From Perkinsus olseni (Eukaryota): a stretch of 20,000 nt of DNA. A program made the position numbers and the translations under genes. Below, piece after piece: positions 17,897 to 20,000 of the stretch; position 1 is the stretch's first letter; every line of letters begins with the position of its first letter. The DNA lies in contig JABANN010000112.1 in assembly GCA_013115125.1 (NCBI GenBank), forward strand, positions 50,123 through 70,122. The letters are read 5' to 3'. Below the pieces are notes generated by a model. The model did not search any database. It was not told where the DNA came from and saw only the letters and a program-made list of their open reading frames with translations.

Positions 17897-19426
17897 TCAA
17901 TCGGTCTTCTTATCAGCCTGGTCGGCCCCTTTTCCCTCCATCACATCTTTCCCATCAACAACACGATCGACTACAATACTTATGCTCGGAACACCTGAAG
18001 GATATAAATACGTGTGAAGCAGCAACGAAGACAACGCTGTGATCAGCCACATAGTGTAACCGAACTAACGAATCACCGGAAGCAGGTACCATGCTCAAGT
18101 ATGCTCAATCATTATAGGCTCTTGCTATGCAAAAAATGAGCTCCCCCAAGCAGGAGAGACTCAACCTAACGAGCCTAAATCGGCGATACGAAGGGTTCTG
18201 GCGGTAGCGCGGGAATTGCACACTGCTGAGTAAACAGGCTCACGATGATAGTTTTCAGAGGTGGACGATGGATTGGAGGGTCGGAAAAGAGATGGCATGA
18301 TCAGAGGTCAGAAAGGTCTGATTATATCGTCCGAACTGGAAGAGGATTCCAACCGGGACCGCGATGTAGCTCGGCGTACGCAGATGCAATGGACAATGAA
18401 CAGATTTCATAGATGTACAATGGACTCGGTAGATGCGAAATTTCGAGTGTTGGTAGGCAACACGCTAAACAAGATTAAAGGCAAACACGAAGCAGCCGGG
18501 AGACTTAGCGAGATGGGTGACGTTAGATTTCATCATCCGCGAGACCCTGGGTTCGATTCCCCCTTTTACCATGCTCCTCACTAGCCCTTCCTGCGGGATA
18601 GTCAGGTCTAACCATCACCACACCGGTCTCGATGTTGACAATTTTACCAACACCTGCCGACTCAGCCGCGGTAGCAGCAGCAACGGCATAAGTGATGGCA
18701 GCCGCGAGACCGGTCACTTCAACATGCTCAACTGGCTTCTTAGCAGGGAGCTCACCTTTGGCCTGAAACAGGAAAAAAGATACTCTGCACACTGTAATCA
18801 GCTCGTCCGCAGAGACGCGCATATCGGACAAATCTGAGCATCTCGGACATCTAAACTAAGTTGAAGACATCTCACGAACTAATCCAGTAAGAAAGCCGTC
18901 GAACTCTCAAGGCTTACAACTCTCATGCGACGAAGGCATAATAAAATGCCGAGCCAACTCCATTCGCACAACTGCCATTGTGACCCTATTTTCAAGGTCA
19001 CACTCCGAATCACCAGCGCTCTAGGTTCGAAACCGCCCAAATTACGATAGACAACTAGATCTTTGCGATCAATATAGAATCTATACGTATCAACCACCAC
19101 TCGGGGTGAGAATGATAGGACGTGGCGCTACGCGAGATGTGTTCCCACACTACCGGCATGCCCTTCAAGAAGTTCTGAACGGCTCGGATATAAAAATTGG
19201 CTGAGTGCTTCGACGTACAGCGAATAACGGGCCTGAGCAGGATGACGAGGATGAGTTGAATGAAGATATCCTGCACCTCGAAACTCAGTGCATTAGAACA
19301 GAGCAAGGACGAGCTTCCTCGATCGAATAGTGAATAATAAACCTCCCCTCAAGTGACGTTGGATTGCAGCGCTACGATCCACCAGATGCCACCATAGACT
19401 TACATATCAGCGTCGGCGTTCGCCAT
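17897..19426 (-). CDS. Alba-family DNA/RNA-binding protein, 4 exons, 126 aa. Exons 19426-19404, 19232-19154, 18762-18582, 17994-17897
   Basis: Phase-consistent GT-AG splicing (381 nt) gives MANADADMPVIRCTSKHSANFYIRAVQNFLKGMPAKGELPAKKPVEHVEVTGLAAAITYAVAAATAAESAGVGKIVNIETGVVMVRPDYPAGRASVPSISIVVDRVVDGK... This fits the Alba pattern (FY helix, VxxxGLxxAIxxAVxxA, KIxxIxT, PxIxI), recalled from apicomplexan Alba3-type proteins. Confidence 0.8.
18535..18571 (+). pseudogene. tRNA 3' fragment, antisense within Alba intron 3
   Basis: ATCCGCGAGACCCTGGG-TTCGATT-CCCCCTTTTACCA, with B-box GGTTCGATTCC. It ends 10 nt from the intron donor at 18581. Confidence 0.55.
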
Positions 19427-20000
19427 CTTTGGAGAGGGTAAATTAACGAGGGATTGGTAGTAACGAAAAAACAAATGCACAAAGTCTTGAAATCTTGCTA
19501 GCTTGATGTTTCTCCACGTCTGCGCGTTCAGGGGCTCGCGTTCAAGATAGGACTCTGAGTGCGTGTTCAGTGTAATTAAGTGACTGTAGTCATCGTGAAT
19601 CGGATGGTTGGAATCATTTTGAGACAGGCCATCTCTACGAGGGTCGTATCTTGTGGAGCAGCGTGCCTCGTTGAGAACATCGCCTTACGAGCGATTAGTA
19701 GCATCAGATCAGCCGACGCGTTGTCGTTCTTAATGGGCATGATACAATTCGGCAACTTTGCTCGTCGCAACTTTAGGTCACGTTGCCCAGACGTGCCTCA
19801 GCGCACAATTCAGCGACGTTGCTCTTTCTTGACTCACACTCAGCGACCGGCTCTTCACGGCAATATCTAGGTCGCCGCTACTTTTCCCGTCTTGCCGACC
19901 AATTCCTTCCAACTTGCTCTTTTTCGGGTCTCGTGTTGCGGTTTTTCTTAAAATCCTACAAAAGCGACGCGTGCGGGAATTGAACTGGGGGTCTTTTCAC

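Noticed and set aside
18261-18837. Plus-strand ORFs of 107 and 106 aa
   Set aside because: They are antisense to the Alba intron and exon, have non-ATG starts and show no motifs.
19015-19040. GGTTCGAAACC B-box-like motif in Alba intron 2
   Set aside because: Only a 2-bp stem, mid-intron, with no acceptor-like strand. Indistinguishable from chance.
1-20000. CRISPR array, transposase or reverse transcriptase that could mobilise the tRNA fragments
   Set aside because: No regularly spaced repeats and no RT, integrase or transposase motifs were seen. Any mobilising enzyme would have to be encoded elsewhere.

Overview
This is eukaryotic, gene-dense DNA with short GT-AG introns. The protein features point to an alveolate, probably Perkinsus-like (inference). 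Splicing by hand gives these genes: the 5' part of a DHHC palmitoyltransferase (-), an 8-exon mitochondrial ribosomal protein L7/L12 (-), two tandem intronless K+-dependent-type H+-pyrophosphatases (+), a U-box protein with Cys-rich motifs (-), three tandem intronless RS-rich paralogs sharing a helical core (-), and a 4-exon Alba protein (-). The most striking unexplained signal is a set of degenerate tRNA 3' halves (T-arm plus acceptor strand) inside spliceosomal introns, with consistent geometry. Sense copies end about 7-9 nt before the acceptor AG, and two 46-47 nt L7/L12 introns consist almost entirely of such a half. Antisense copies start about 8-20 nt after the donor GT. This suggests a tRNA-linked route of intron origin or an intron-targeted tRNA-derived element.
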